Part shown: in pieces, positions 15,895 through 30,074 of the stretch
How the letters are laid out: each line of letters begins with the position of its first letter
How positions within the stretch are numbered: the stretch's first letter is position 1
Program-made: the position numbers and the translations under genes
Source of the DNA: Paramecium tetraurelia
Lineage: Eukaryota
Direction: 5' to 3'
Assembly (NCBI GenBank): GCA_000165425.1
Contig: CT868385.1
Location: 310,001 to 374,000 of the forward strand
DNA length: 64,000 bases
The notes under the pieces: model-generated
What the model was told of the DNA's origin: nothing
The model's database searches: none
The model's input: only the letters and a program-made list of their open reading frames with translations

Positions 15895-16185
15895 ATGGAT
15901 AAAATGTCCATTTTTGAATATCTTGATACATTGTAGCTATAAATAACAGATCCAATTTAGAAGCAACTTGATTACTATCACAATAAAAAAAACTTGATAA
16001 ACTCGAGTTAATAGATAGCCAGTCCTAAATTCAAGTCCCCTTAATTGAATCCTCTTTAAGGTGATTTGTTACACATTAGGAAAACGCTATCCCAATAAAC
16101 GATAACTTTACCGCCGCTCGACTAAGTATTAAATATCAATACTCATAAAAAAAGTCTTTTTGAGAAGAGAATTACTTTTTAGTGA
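15895..16185 (+). CDS. Small hypothetical protein
   Basis: Starts MDKMSIFEYLDTLQLQITDPIQKQLDYYH. Needs a 19-nt GT-AG intron (16061-16079) to continue to TGA at 16183; otherwise it stops at 16064. Confidence 0.55.
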
Positions 16186-16220
16186 CATATATATAATTTT
16201 TTATTATAAATTTAATATAA

Positions 16221-17008
16221 ATGTAATAAGCTTATGCTATCGTTAAGGATGATTTTGAGTAGATTTAAGCAATTCAATAAAAATGGAAGCATCAGGAGAT
16301 TAAGAAGGAATTCAGAGAAGATTTCAAAAGATTAAAATTAAATTTCAATGAGGAGTAAAACTAGGATTTCCAACTTCCTGATGTTTTTATAACTACAAAA
16401 CAATATCATTCAAAACCAGCAAGTAAATCAATACTTATAATAAGAGAGTCCAAAAACGAGAAAAAAATAGTCATTCAGTTTTGATTACGTATTTCAATCA
16501 ATAAAAATGTCAAAAAACTAAAGAAACCTTGAATTGTCAACTTTGGAATCCAATTACAAAAAGTTTAAGTATTTAATATTTTGATAAATAGAAAATATTG
16601 TTGTTCTATAAAATAATCTCCAAAAGAGGAGATCTTGAGTTAATGTGTATCAATATCAAGAGATTAGAACTTTTAAAAGATTGATGGCATTAAATTTCCT
16701 GAAAGTCTATATACAATTCATAAAAAAAGGAGAGACAAATTAGATGACATCTTTAAAAATTAAACTTGTGATAATTCAATTTATAAAATCAAATAATTTG
16801 AAGAGGAAAACTAAAAACAATGTATGATTTCAGTATGATTCTAGAATTATACAAATAAAAAAAGAACAAATAAAAGGAATATACAAGTAGATCCTATTTA
16901 GATAATGCATATTTCTCAATTTTATCAGTAAATAGAGAATGTCGATAAAGAGTAAAAAACGCGATTCAATATTCGTTACCTCAGGAATCGAGATTTTAAT
17001 AATTCTGA
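16221..17008 (+). CDS. Hypothetical protein
   Basis: MQQAYAIVKDDFEQIQAIQQKWKHQEIKKEF... through ...YSLPQESRFQQF-TGA, with tiny introns. Confidence 0.6.
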
Positions 17009-17056
17009 GTAATATTTTGATGCATATTTATTACTTTTATAAATAAAATATAATTA

Positions 17057-17792
17057 ATGCAAGATAATTAAATATGTTAAACAGATTAAAAGGAAGAAAA
17101 CAGACAAATTAAGTAAAAACTATTAGAATATTGGGTGAAACTATAAAAATCTTTGGATGAGGACTACGAAGAGATTTTACAATTAGGTTCAGAATCTGAT
17201 CCTAATGATATCATTAATGCATTGTTTATAATTGAAGATGCACGATAAGAATAATAGAAGGTGTATTTTTATTTGATTGGCTTAGTTAGACAAATAACAA
17301 TTAGAGGTGTTGACAAAGGAATTGTAATAAGAAAAAGTGAAAGTAAATGAATTGTAATAATAAAATCAACACTTAGCCTAAAGCAATAATAAGGCAGACT
17401 TTCAATTAGAAAAACGATAATTGGAAATTAAAATCAATGAACTATCCCTTGCTCTAGTGTAATGTAAGGAAGATAAAATTTTATATATGGAACAAGCCTA
17501 AAAAGAAATCCAATATTTAAAAGAGTAAGAACTGGAATTGAAGAGTAGAATTTAAATGCTTTAATATGAACAAACTAAAAAATCATCTTTTTTAGAAAAC
17601 GAAGATGATTCAAAAAGACTATCAAAAGATTTTGCAGATGAAGACATTCCTCGACAGTCTACTTCTCCTTAAATTTAGAAAGTAAAGCTTGATTACTCTA
17701 AATTAAGCTAAGGTTCAAATTTAAAAAAGTTGACAAAGGTTGATTAAGTTTAAGGGGTTTCTCAAGCATCATTTAAGTTTGGAAATAAATGA
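17057..17792 (+). CDS. Coiled-coil hypothetical protein
   Basis: Starts MQDNQICQTDQKEENRQIKQKLLEYWVKL. Intron near 17261-17285. Ends FKFGNK-TGA. Confidence 0.7.
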
Positions 17793-17939
17793 GTTTAAGA
17801 TTATTTGTTATAGATTAATAATATTTTTTTGATTCTTAATATAAATTATAGTAATCCTCATTAAAGAATTTGAAGGATAATATAAGGACGATATTCGAAA
17901 ATGTATTGAAATAATTAATTACAAAAAATAACGTGTTGT

Positions 17940-19386
17940 TCAGATGTACCTGTTCAGACTCTTCAAATCAGTAAATCTTCTATGTTGATCACTCAATTCG
18001 GTAGAATCCCTAAAAATAAATGAAATATTATACGTTTGATGTGTGGTTGAGTCCATTCTCTTATGGCTTCCCAATGTTTATTTTAAATACAGAATAGATT
18101 CCTCATTTCTTCTAGTAATCATTTCAAGCTGTTCCAACTTTTTTAAGGACAAATGACTTTACTTTGATATGAGTATATTCATACATCTCTTTGTTTTCTG
18201 TTATCATGGATAACTTACAATAATTATTATTATATGGTTTTATTTATTTCATCTTGACAATCTTGTCTCTATTTTAAAGACATTAATTCTCTTTCTATTT
18301 TTTTCATCTATGTTTCTAATTTTCTAAAAGAATCATTTTATTGATCTGATTTATTAGTAATATTGCTAATTGAAATTTTCTTATTTTATTAAAAGAGATT
18401 ATTAAAAATCGAGACTGAAAGATTACTTTTAATTTTTTCGCTCTCATTAATAGTATTATTAGTAATTGATTTATCTGATTTTTGAAATGGGGCCTCTACT
18501 CCTGAAGGTTTATTAATAGCCATTGAAGGCGTTCGTTTTCTATCAGGAGTTATTGTATGTTGTTTTGTAACAACATTTTTTTAAGAATTCTAATGGACTA
18601 GACTTTAGTGTTAAATATTAGAATTTTACAACTAAAGAATATTATTATTGAGTTGATTTTACGATTATTGATGTTAAGAATAGGATTATTATTAATGTTG
18701 ATTAGGATTTAATGAGGGTTATATTGTATTTTAATGACTATATGGAAGTTAAACAGGATGAACTGTTGTTTTCTTTTAGAGTTCTTTGGTAAAACTCATT
18801 TTATTGAATTAATCTAATTTATCACTGTTCATTAGATGAGTAACATCTCGTAATTAAGCTTACTATAAATTAATATTACAATTTATTACAATCTAATTTA
18901 TTAATGTTGAATTTTATCGATTGTTCTCATTTTTTTAATTCTCCTTTTAATCATTATTGTTTTTTTGTTCAACACTGTAAGTTTATCTTTTTTGTGAATT
19001 CACATTCAATTTCATTCCCTAAGCCAATTTCTTGCCTGATTCTTAGGTTTATTCAACACTTGATAATAAGTCATTCTATTCTGGAATCTAAAATAGATTG
19101 TTGGTTTAATAGGATCCGAAATTTGATTTTTTTTTGGCATTACCAAATGTTAAACCACAATTCTCTTTGAGATGTTGCATTGCATAATCATCATCTAATT
19201 TTTCTATTATAACTTCCTTTTCTGGGATTTAAGGTTAAATGTGAGATGCCTATTAATCATTATGGCACTTTTGAATACATGATTAAATATTTCAATGAAA
19301 TGTTTCTTATCATCTTATTGACATAATGCATTTCTTAAATCAACTTCTGAATTAGATTATGTTCTTCTATGCTTGTGTTTACTCAT
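17940..19386 (-). CDS. Hypothetical Q-rich/coiled-coil protein
   Basis: Starts MSKHKHRRTQSNSEVDLRNALC and ends FTDLKSLNRYI-TGA. Intron near 18010-18033. Confidence 0.7.
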
Positions 19387-19618
19387 TCAAATTTGAATAT
19401 TTCTGTTTATTTTATATATTTTATTATAGTTAATCAGAATATATTTTACTTATGATATATAGATCTCAATCTCTCATCTAAAGAAGATAATGTTATAATG
19501 TTCAAATCATTCGAGTTCAGAATCAACGTTACCAACATTCTTGACTTAAATCTTTATACTTAAAAGATTGAAAATAATAATATTAAATATCACACATGAG
19601 AATAAATGAAGTAGTTCT

Positions 19619-21296
19619 TCAATTTTAAATGTAATTATACCAGTGTCTTTTTCTTTTTTAGTGAAGTCGCAAGAATTCAAAAGGATAAAACATTTACAAA
19701 TCTTCATTCTTAAGATTGTAATTCTACATATATACTTAAAATTTTACATTGATCTTTGAAGTATTAAATGAAAACCTCTCCAAAGGTTTCAAAGGAAATT
19801 GAATTTATTCAAGTTCTGTGCATGTTTTATTTCTTCTGCCTTCCTTGTGATTAAACAATCGCACATTCATTTTCCTAAATGCCTAATGCAATTCTTAAAT
19901 AGTCTTTAAAGAGTATCTGCTTTATTTAAGTCGAACCTTCTAGTTGATCTACTATTGCATAAGATCAGATTCTTTTGTTATCTATTAACTTGTATACAAA
20001 ATAAGATTTGTGATTGGACTCAATGTCACATAGATAACCAATGAACTCAAAATGATTGAGAATAATCCTGTTGAAATTCCTACTAAAATATACATCCTAA
20101 AGAAATCTTCAAAATTTCTTTTGATTTGAGTAAGCTGATTCAATAGTTCCTTTTCCTTTTCAAGAAGATCTACTTAACTAAAACGATAGATGTGAAATCT
20201 ATTACATCAGCAATATCAAATCGGTAGGATATAATATCTTTGCTACTATTAATTCTTCAGTTTTAGTTTTCTAATTATATCTACAAAGTCGTTAATTATC
20301 CGTTAATTGATTAATCCTAGAGCAATTATTAATAAATTGTGTTTCATGCAAATAATTATTTATTTGTTCGAAATCCTCCCTTGTAAATCCAGATATATCC
20401 GTATCATATATATAGGTATTTTCGCTAATATTGAACTAACTCAACAAAAATTGACCTTTTTAATCAATTATCGAAAAAGTTACATTTTCTTACTTCGATT
20501 ATAAAGTGTGAAATAGACTAAAATTTAAATCACTCCCAAAAACCCCATCCAATCCTCCACTTAAATTTGTCATGTTCCTTGTCTAAGTCACCATAAACAA
20601 AAACCAAGTCCATAAAATATAAGGCTCACTAAAATAAGTCAAATTATAATTTTTTTCTTCTATTTGCTTCAAATGGTTAGTGTACCATATTCTTCTATGA
20701 GGCTTATAATTTGGAAAAGGATCACCAGGCCAAATAGAAAAGTACATCTAATCTCCTATTGTAGAAAATAACAAATCCAAATCCATATCCATCATTGGTA
20801 AGGCTTACGTTAAGAAAGAAGAATAATTGAGAGCCAATGTATCTTTATCAGTAGAAGAGTAAGCTTGGTCTCCGAAAAAACCATAACAAAATGTTTACTC
20901 ATATTAGTACTTGTCCAATTTATCATCATAGTTTAGACAACTTAAAGGCTGTTGTACATATTACAGATCTAAGGTTTGTATAAATTGATATAAGAAATCA
21001 GACTTTAATAGATGAGTTTAACTTCTGAGTAGTACTTCCTAAGAACTCCTTACTTATAAATAAGTGATCATATCAGTTTTTTTGTAATATTATAAAACAT
21101 AGAAACCTAAAGAGATGTCCGAGTACATATCAATAATGTATTAAAATGCTAAATAACTTATTAATGTTAATAAACTTCCTACTAAAAATTGAATTATCAC
21201 TTGAATTATCAAAACTTGTGTTCTTACTTTTAATTTATTGAGACAAAATAAAGAACTCAAGCTCATTTAACCTTTACCATTTTCTAATTTTCCCAT
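19619..21296 (-). CDS. Transmembrane dCache-domain receptor-like protein with HAMP-like segment (paralog of 12992-14608)
   Basis: LKVRTQVLIIQVII-TM1; Cache motif YKPHRRIWY (20682-20708), SEPY and GVFGSD; 28-nt intron 20178-20205; TM2 (YILVGISTGLFSIILSSLVIYVTL); then SPITNL ... KTIQELHQAFRKM. Confidence 0.8.
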
Positions 21297-22936
21297 TATT
21301 TGTAAATATATTTTGAATATAAAACAAAATAAATATTGAATATTAAATTTGATTCTTTTATTCGTAATTATTTCATTTTCTATTTATTATAATTTTAAGA
21401 CAAATTACAATCGAGGTTTACAGATCTAAAATATCAGAAGAAAATAACCATTAATAATATAAAAATTAATTATCATTGACAAATTTTCATCTAATTTAAA
21501 AAATGATATGATCCAATTGATACCTTTCTAATATTTTTTAATTTTATACAAATACTTATGAAATTGCTTCTAAAACAAAATACATCGATTTAAAATCATC
21601 TAATGTAGGAATATTACCTGCTTCTCATGAATTCAAATTAATTAATTTAGTTGGAACTTAAGATTATTTCAAGTTGTTACAAATCATAAAAAATCGTAGT
21701 AGTATTTACAATAGAGTATACAGAAATGTTTAATTAGCAATGTTAAATAAATTATTAGTCTGGTATAATTCATTTAATAAATTAACTTTAGAATATCAAT
21801 CAGCCATTAAAAGATGCATAAATAATGAATTTACAAAGCATATTTTTAAGTACGTTGAATATTGAATATACCAATACTACTAGCTGCTAATATATTAAGA
21901 ATTAATAATTCTGATAAATTATTATTAGCTTCAATTCTAGGGTATGAATCATTAAAAATACTAACAACCAACTACAGGACCCATAATCTAAGAATACTTA
22001 AATCTAATTACACTTATATTTGAGGAATTATTTTTAAAATATTTGACAGAGCAAATCCTTGTAAGGATGTTAAAAGTCTGTAAATATATCAATAATCATG
22101 ATTTTTTCATTACTTCTCACTCTGCTTTTGAGTTTCATTTAACTTCTTGGTTCATAAATATAAATATACAAAATTAAATTAATAAAATTATAAATATTTT
22201 ACGTTTAGATGCTTTGAATAATATAGATTCAGTGTTATAAATGTTATTTATAAATTTTCCATCAACCCATATTCTAAAATGTATAATTAATAAATGTGTA
22301 GAATATTTTAATGAACTTATATAAAATAGTATTGTAGTTCATCAAAAATAGATGCTTAATATGTTTTATGATGCTACTATATATTTTATACTTATAAGTA
22401 GTATTCTACAATAGATTCTAGAAGGAGTTATTATAAATTTCTAAATAACAAAATTACTATCTTTTCAATATCATTTAACCCTTATATTAATAAATAATAA
22501 AGTTGTAAAATTTGATGTATGATTTAATAACAATTTATCTCTTGAGTTAAAGTTTATGCAAAATATCAAAAAATAAATTTAAAAATTTAGAAATAGCTAA
22601 TTCATGTATATTAACAAAATGATTTGAAATTAGAATCTAGAGAGTTTTTGAATTACTAAACTTAAATAATTTTCAATAATTTATAGTCGTTATAATCGAT
22701 TTTACGGATATTTAGATAATAAAATAAATTAAAAATGTATTAATAAAGCATTTGGTAATTATAATTTAAAGTGAGAATTATTGTTAGATGATAATTTTTA
22801 AATGGAACATTATGATTTTACTTTGTTCTTAGTTCATGAATGCTTAACTGCTTTTTATTTATGGATATCAAATCTTATCAATTTATTAATAAAGTTTAAA
22901 TATTATGAAATGTTATTTTTTATTTTATTCATTAAA

Positions 22937-23476
22937 ATGAACTCTATGAAATTCTCATCTAAACCTAGTTTATAGGCTTTGAAATCCTCAAAATTTAGTG
23001 TTCTTTCAACCTAATAACGAACTCCAGATTCTACAAAATTGATGAAACGTATATATAAAATAAAGTCTACCTTTAGTAAAACAGACATGCCTTTTGTATA
23101 GCCAAAGTCCAAAGTTTAAAACTGGGAGAACTAAAACATTTAACTTTAGTGAAACTGATTTGAAACCTGTAGCAAAAATGGATAATTTGAAAGAGAAAAT
23201 TGAGAAGTCAATCATTCTATTATAAAAAACGAAAGGATAAAAAGATTTATCAACATAATTAAAAGTTGAGGAAATGGTTATTGAAATAATGAAACTATGT
23301 CAGATTGACAATAAAATCTTGAAACTCTTGGAATAAATCAAAGAGGAGAAAGAATAGAAGCAATAATCTTAATTCAAAACTATGTTATTTATAAATAGAC
23401 AATAAAATTAAATAGAATAATTAGTAAATATCATAATGATTATATCTAGAAAAGGAGATGCTCGGAATATAATTGA
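22937..23476 (+). CDS. Hypothetical protein
   Basis: Starts MNSMKFSSKPSLQALKSSKF. Two tiny introns (28 and 26 nt) restore the frame to TGA at 23474-23476. Confidence 0.65.
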
Positions 23477-23526
23477 TACTAAAGAAAGATTGTTTATGTT
23501 GTATCTATATAGATATATTTATAATA

Positions 23527-26500
23527 TCAATAATTTTATCTTCTTGGACCAGCTTTACTATAACCAGTTGTGGGTCTGATTCGTTCCCTTTCTACATTTT
23601 CAACATATTTATAGGGATGCAAATGCAGTTTTTCAAACTTAGATTTGGTATGCTTTGAGTGATTTTCTGAAATGTATTTATTTTAAACAAAACTTAATTA
23701 ATCAATAGATCCATAGAGACTAATTAAGTAGCATATTGTATCATAGATTAGGAGTGTTTTGAATTAAAATTCTTGATTAAATTGAGTCCTAAGATAATGA
23801 TGAGATATTACCAGTCTTCGGTGTCTTTTCTAAAAAGCAAAGTTCGTCCGTTTGCATCTCTAAAATCCTTGGGACCAACTCCATAGATATAGGCTTCAAA
23901 GGATTCACTATACTCTTCTACAATGATAATTTAAGGAAAATAAGTGATCAAGACGCTTTTGAGCCATTCTACATTTTAGTTCATATCTTCTCTTTACAAG
24001 TAATATAAATTGATAACAAATTAACCTTGATTCCACTATTCAGGCAATGATATTGGTTCATAAATATTGACTTATTTATCCTCTTCTTCATAATTTTACT
24101 TTTTCTCAATATTGCTTTCCAATCTTTAATCACATAAAGCCTTTATCGCAAATTGTTTGATATAAATTTTGGATCCCTTTTATTCACAACTTATTTGGAC
24201 TGATTGAATTTCTTTGCCTTCCATAGTCACTTTATGAATGAGTGGTTCAGTTTTCCTTAGATGTTCATCTAAATAAAAATAAATAGGATATCCATCAATC
24301 ACCAATTTACTTACATAATCATTTTTAACTTCAATGGTCAGATTATCTTTTATTTCCAAATCTACAAATTCAGTAACTTTGTCAATAGTAATTTCTTCAT
24401 CATCCTCATTCTTTTGTTCAATTGTCTATTATTCCACTTATTCAGGCAAATCAATTTCAAGGGGCATTTCATCAAAACTTGGTTCTTCTTCAGAATCTAT
24501 ATCTATAATAGGATAGGATTCCAAATCTTTGATTCCTTAATCAATAGTTAGAGTATTATCAATAATTATGGTACTTGCTTCAATATTCACTTCTTTCAAG
24601 GGTAATTCTCGTTCGACAATGGATGGAATTATCTACATATGAATTGATAATGGAAATCTTAACTATAATAATAGTGCATAAGAATCTGATGTCTAATTTA
24701 AGAAGTAAAATACATTATAAACAGATGAATGGACTAGCAACATTGTGAGCAAATTGAATTTTGTCATTCACTTTTTATTCATCCTGTATAATAATTGAGG
24801 ATTGACTCTTAAGATATTGAGTATGTTCTCGTTAATCTTCTTCTTTGATTAGAGGCTGCACTTTAAAACTCAGGGATAGATCTTATTTATCTAAGGCCTC
24901 AAGTGGTTGTTCATATATTTCATTGTCGCTTTCGTCAGTTAGATCTACAGTCTCTGGTTGTTTATATTTGTGTCTTTGATAATTGCAATTATCAGGACTT
25001 GGCACATTTACAAATTTCTCTTTGAATTACTATTCAGGTTTTATCTTGCATTAATCAACTAATCTTAATTATGAATGTGCAATATTACTCTGCATAATTA
25101 TCACGAATGATCTTTGCATTCGTTGACATTTTATTGTAATAAAATCTGTAGAGCAATGGAAAAGTAAATTGAATCTGAGTTTCTATCAAGTACTGTGGAT
25201 ATGATTGTATGCTCTTAACATAAAGTGGATCATACACATCCAGATCAGGTTCTGAATCTGATTCATCTGCTTATTCTAAATCCAGAGGACGATATTCCTT
25301 CTTTTTAATATGGAAACCACCTTATTAATCATCAAAGGCATAATCTTTGGTAATATTTTCTGATTATTCTGTGAATAAGTTCTTGATGCAGATGCTATCA
25401 ATATGCATAATATTGTAATCGGTTATCTGATCATTCTTATATGTGTAAATAGATTCAAATCTATTGGATAAACTATACATCTAATCAATATTTGGGTTTA
25501 ATTACATTCAAATAACAAACTCTGGATATAAAATCAGGGTCCTTGGTATATGATTCGTAATAAATATTCTTGGGATGATACAGATTCAATTTGTTCAATG
25601 CCTTCTCTTGATTCATCGCTTGAGATTTATGTTTATAGACAACTTATATGGATATAGGTAATCTTGATCTCTGTTAACCGAATATTTTGAGTTCCTTCTT
25701 TGTTTACTGATCAACATATTGAGGATATTTGATAAGGTCAATATACCCAAATCTGATACATCCAAAGATATAGTTCTTGGCATTCCAATCTCTCTCCAGT
25801 TTCTTTTTCAAGTCAGTGAAGGAATCATAATAAGCAACCATATTCTAATCGTTGATGTAACCCAGTCGCTTCTATTTAAATTGAACCTTTCTTGCAGTAT
25901 TGCGAGATAATAATCTCTATACAACTAGTATTCTATTTATATAATCATACTTCTAGTGGAAGGTGACAATCTTTCTTCGTCATCACTTGCTGTTGTTGTG
26001 CTTAACTCTTACTACGACAGCATGTTTTTATGCACTTGATATGCTTACTTTAAAATAGATAGCATTTATTAGTAATTCACAATCATGCCAAAAGAATTAT
26101 CTTAAAAAAGGGAATCACTATATTATGATAGCTGCATCAAATGCTATAATGGTACAGGGATGTTTAATTTAGAGACACTAAAAAACATTCTATCAATTTC
26201 AATAAAATAAGAGTGCTCGTTTGATAGTGATTATTATTTCAACTTACGATGAATTGTGAAGAATCCTTCTGTCTCAAAATTATGTGGAGTAAGCATGAGC
26301 AATAGTTATGATAACTTTTATGAATTGACATGCAAATGTTTACATGAGTTCATAAATTCAGCATCATTTTACATTATTCGGATCAATTAGTTTATTATTC
26401 TGTTTAGCTATTATTTGGTCTAGATTCGGTTATTGATAGTATGAGTTAAGGGTTATAGGATAGTCCTTTGTTTTTGTCTGCTCTTGGAATAACTGGTCTG

Positions 26501-26680
26501 AATTGTTCTCTACAGGTTTGAGAAATCAAAGTTCCTTGTTTTCTTTTACATCTTCTCTGCATCCACACTTTAGTAGATGCTTTATTGTTATTCTAATTTA
26601 GATTGTTTATTGGCAATTTTCGGTAAAATAGTACTTCTCATTGTTGATTTGGTACCATCAGGTGTAAGTTACCTGTTCAT
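23527..26680 (-). CDS. Large hypothetical protein (about 1000 aa)
   Basis: Starts MNRQLTPDGTKSTMRSTILPKIANK. The segments translated are open on the minus strand, with acidic patches and tiny introns (e.g. 25 nt near 25064-25088). Ends YSKAGPRRQNY-TGA. No domain recognised. Confidence 0.65.
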
Positions 26681-26794
26681 TTTGGTAATTATAATATTTA
26701 TTAATTATTAACTCAGGACAGCCAATTAAGGGATAAGAAAACTAAATGTAAAGTTAATATATGTTAAAACTGATATTAAGTAATAGAAGCAATA

Positions 26795-28479
26795 TCAATT
26801 ATCATCTTTTCTGTTAAATAATGAGATTCTTTACATTTATTCAACATCAAATTGATTAACTTGGATTTCTTTAGTCTCATTTAATTGTTTTTGAGATGCT
26901 CAGATAAATATGAATGCAATACTTCCTTTTAGTTTTTTGAAACTACTTAAGGGATCCTTAGCATAGAAACTACCAATAGTTGAATCCTCCAACCTTACAC
27001 AAGTAGGCTTTTTAACTGATGGTAGCTATCTAATTTAAATAGAGGAGCATTTATTCTCTTAGATGTCTACATCAAAATCCACTTGGTTTTTGCATTTCTG
27101 ACTTATTCTCTAAAACGGAGATTCAGCTTCAGATTGCAATCCATCTGTTGTTGGTTAAAATATATTCCTACTACTGATATTAGGTACATTGAACGCTTTA
27201 AGCTCTAATTAAATACAAAATATACTCTTTGATTGTAATGGAGATGATGGTTTGTTAAAAAAATCTGATTCCAAAGCCTGCTAAGCTGTGATTCTTTCAG
27301 AAGGGTTCTTTACAAGCATCCGTTTAAGTAATTCTTAGGCTTCATAAGGAATAGAATTCATTTCAGATGGGTCAAGTGTATAATTACACTTTTTATTTTG
27401 TCCCAAAACTTCATTAAAAGTATTACCCATAAACAAACTATGCCCAAATAGTAATTTATAAAAAATGCAACCGCAACTAAAGATATCGCAAACTGAATCG
27501 TATTTTTATTATCTGTCAACTAAATTTAAGATCTCAGGTGCTACATATCCAGGAGTACCGCATTTTGGAAATTGATACTTTGCAACATTAATGAAGGTTG
27601 ATAACCCAAAGTCTACAATGGTTAGAGTTTCATATGAATCTAATTCTCGAAACATGATATTGTCTGGTTTCAAATCTCTGTGAATGATATTGGTTTCATG
27701 AAGTATCTTAACCCCTTTAAGCAATTGTTTCATTATAACTTTTACTAATTTCAAGGGAAACAACTCCTTTCTTTGCTATTAATTGGTATTATCTATTACT
27801 TTGAGGATGTCCAATTCATCTGCTAAGGTTCGTCCTTGCATCAAATCTAAGATGAGGTAAAATGTATGATCTCCTTCAAAGGTCTCGTGTAATTTAATGA
27901 AGGGACCACAACTACTTTACTTGCTGAGGTGGTTGAGGATGTTGACTTCATTCAAAAACGCCTGCATGCCAGATTCACTTTTTTGCAGATAACTTTTGTC
28001 TATCGCTTTTGCTGCCAATTTTGATTATTCATTTCCTAATTCTTTTATTTAGATAACTTTTGCTGAACTCCCCTTCCCTAAATTGTATTATGCTTCATAG
28101 AAATCAGCAATCTTGTAGAATGTCACTTTATTACTTAGATGTTCCTTCAGTCTACTTAATTTATTTTATTACTTCTGCAAATCACTGTTGCTACCGACAA
28201 AGTCTTTGTACTTTTCCATATACTTGATCGTGATCGCCTTAAATAGAATTTACTTGTCTTTCTTCTCTACTACCCAACCCACCTAATTTGCCAACTATAA
28301 AGGTAAAACATATTTTGGAGAGGAGTCCTTCACTTTCTTACATACATTGCATATCTTACTCTACTCATCAGCATGTAGCCATTTAAAATATAGCAATAAT
28401 ACTTCACATCGCTGATAAAATGCTTACGAACCAGAATGCATTCGAATAAAACATTAGAGTAATCATATTATGGTTTCAT
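26795..28479 (-). CDS. Ser/Thr protein kinase (CAMK group) with N-terminal PH-like region
   Basis: GKGSSAKV, AAK, HRDLKPDN, DFGLS, CGTPGYVAPE and CDIFSCG motifs all intact. Confidence 0.9.
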
Positions 28480-29090
28480 ACAAAATAAATTAATTAATCA
28501 CACACTAAAATATAATCCATTCATTAATAATCACATTTCCACCTTTTCCTTAGTAAGCAGGTTCTCAATTTACATCAATTTATTTTTATGAGTTCATTTA
28601 ATATCTTTTTAATAATTATACGTCATTTGATATAAAAATCACTCTTCAGTTTATTTTTGGTTCTTCTACTCCAAAACAAAAGCCGTCGCAAGTTCTCATC
28701 ATCACATAGACAAGGATTAATTACTTTCTCATATTATATTTATTTTAAAACTAACCGATGTCAGAAAAATGACAATCAATCTAAGTTAGCATCGACTTAC
28801 TCCCTTTCAAATTCTATCTTCCTATTTGATAATAATCCATAGTAAAGGGCATTTTGAATATAAACTAATATATTTCAGAATCGGATGAGAATCAAGAAAA
28901 AAATTGTTCTCAAGAATCTATGATTAGAGAGAGGGCTTATTTTAGAGGTTAGAGGGATCCTGTTAGTTTTCTTTCATCACGAATGTGTAAATAATTACAA
29001 AATTCCGATTACATATTTTATAAATTTTGATGACTTCATGTACTTTCCTTTATAAATGAAAAGAAGAAGAAGATTTTATTAATTAATTTA

Positions 29091-30011
29091 ATGAATAAGG
29101 CCTTGATTGCACTCTTTACAACTGTTCTTCTTGCAACAACAAGTTATTTGAGCCAAGAAGATCCCATGAGAACCCTATATTCTGAATGGAAACAATAATA
29201 CTAAGCAAGATTTGCCAGCCAATTTGAAGACGAATACAGATTTGAAATCTTCAAATAAAATTACAATTACTACCAAGAAGAAAATAGCAGACAATCCAGC
29301 TATAAACTCGGATTGAATCAATTCGCTACTCTTACAGACGAAGAATTCGAATCTATTTACCTTGGTGGTCTTGATGATTCTCATGTTTAAATTGACGAAA
29401 CAATTAAATCATACAACTACCCTGAATCTATTGATTGGTCAACAAAATTGAATCCAATCAAGAATTAAGGATAATGTGGATCATGTTGGTCATTCTCAGC
29501 CGTTGGTGCTTTTGAAGCCTATTTCATCTTTACTAATGGATCAAACTTTTCATATTCTGAGTAACACTTAGTTGATTGTGACAAATATTCATATGGATGT
29601 AACGGTGGTTTTGCAGGAAATGCCATTGATTATTTAAATAGAAATGGTGCTATTTTGGAAAAAAATTACCCATACGCTATGAAGGATTAAGACTGCCAAA
29701 AGGCAACTGGAGATACCAAAGCTAAAGGAAGAAAAACATGGACCACAGCTGAATAAGCTTATGAGGCAATTGCTTAATATCCAATTTCTGTCAGTGTCCA
29801 TGCTTCAAATTGGAAAGGATATACTGAAGGTGTCTTCAATAACTGCATTAACACATCAACTAACCATGCTGTCGTAGCTGTTGGATATGATAAAAAAGGA
29901 AATTGGTTAATCAGAAACTCTTGGGGAACAGGCTGGGGACTCTAAGGACACATCTGGCTCGAAAGCGGAAACACTTGTGGTGTTCTCAGAAGATTAGACT
30001 AAGTTATTTGA
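29091..30011 (+). CDS. Cathepsin L-like papain-family cysteine protease precursor (306 aa, intronless)
   Basis: Signal peptide, I29 prodomain (EYRFEIF..N, GLNQFATLT), NQGQCGSCW catalytic Cys, TNHAV His, IRNSWG Asn. Confidence 0.97.
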
Positions 30012-30074
30012 AAAATATCATATTTTCACAATTATCACAATACACTTTTAAATTTACAAGTTTCATAAGTATCT

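Noticed and set aside
19498..21240. Apparent + strand pseudogene with scattered TGA stops
   Set aside because: Explained by the intact minus-strand Cache receptor gene.
28480..29090. Short + strand ORFs upstream of cathepsin
   Set aside because: No recognisable motif or consistent exon model; with only one stop codon, ORFs of this length are expected by chance.
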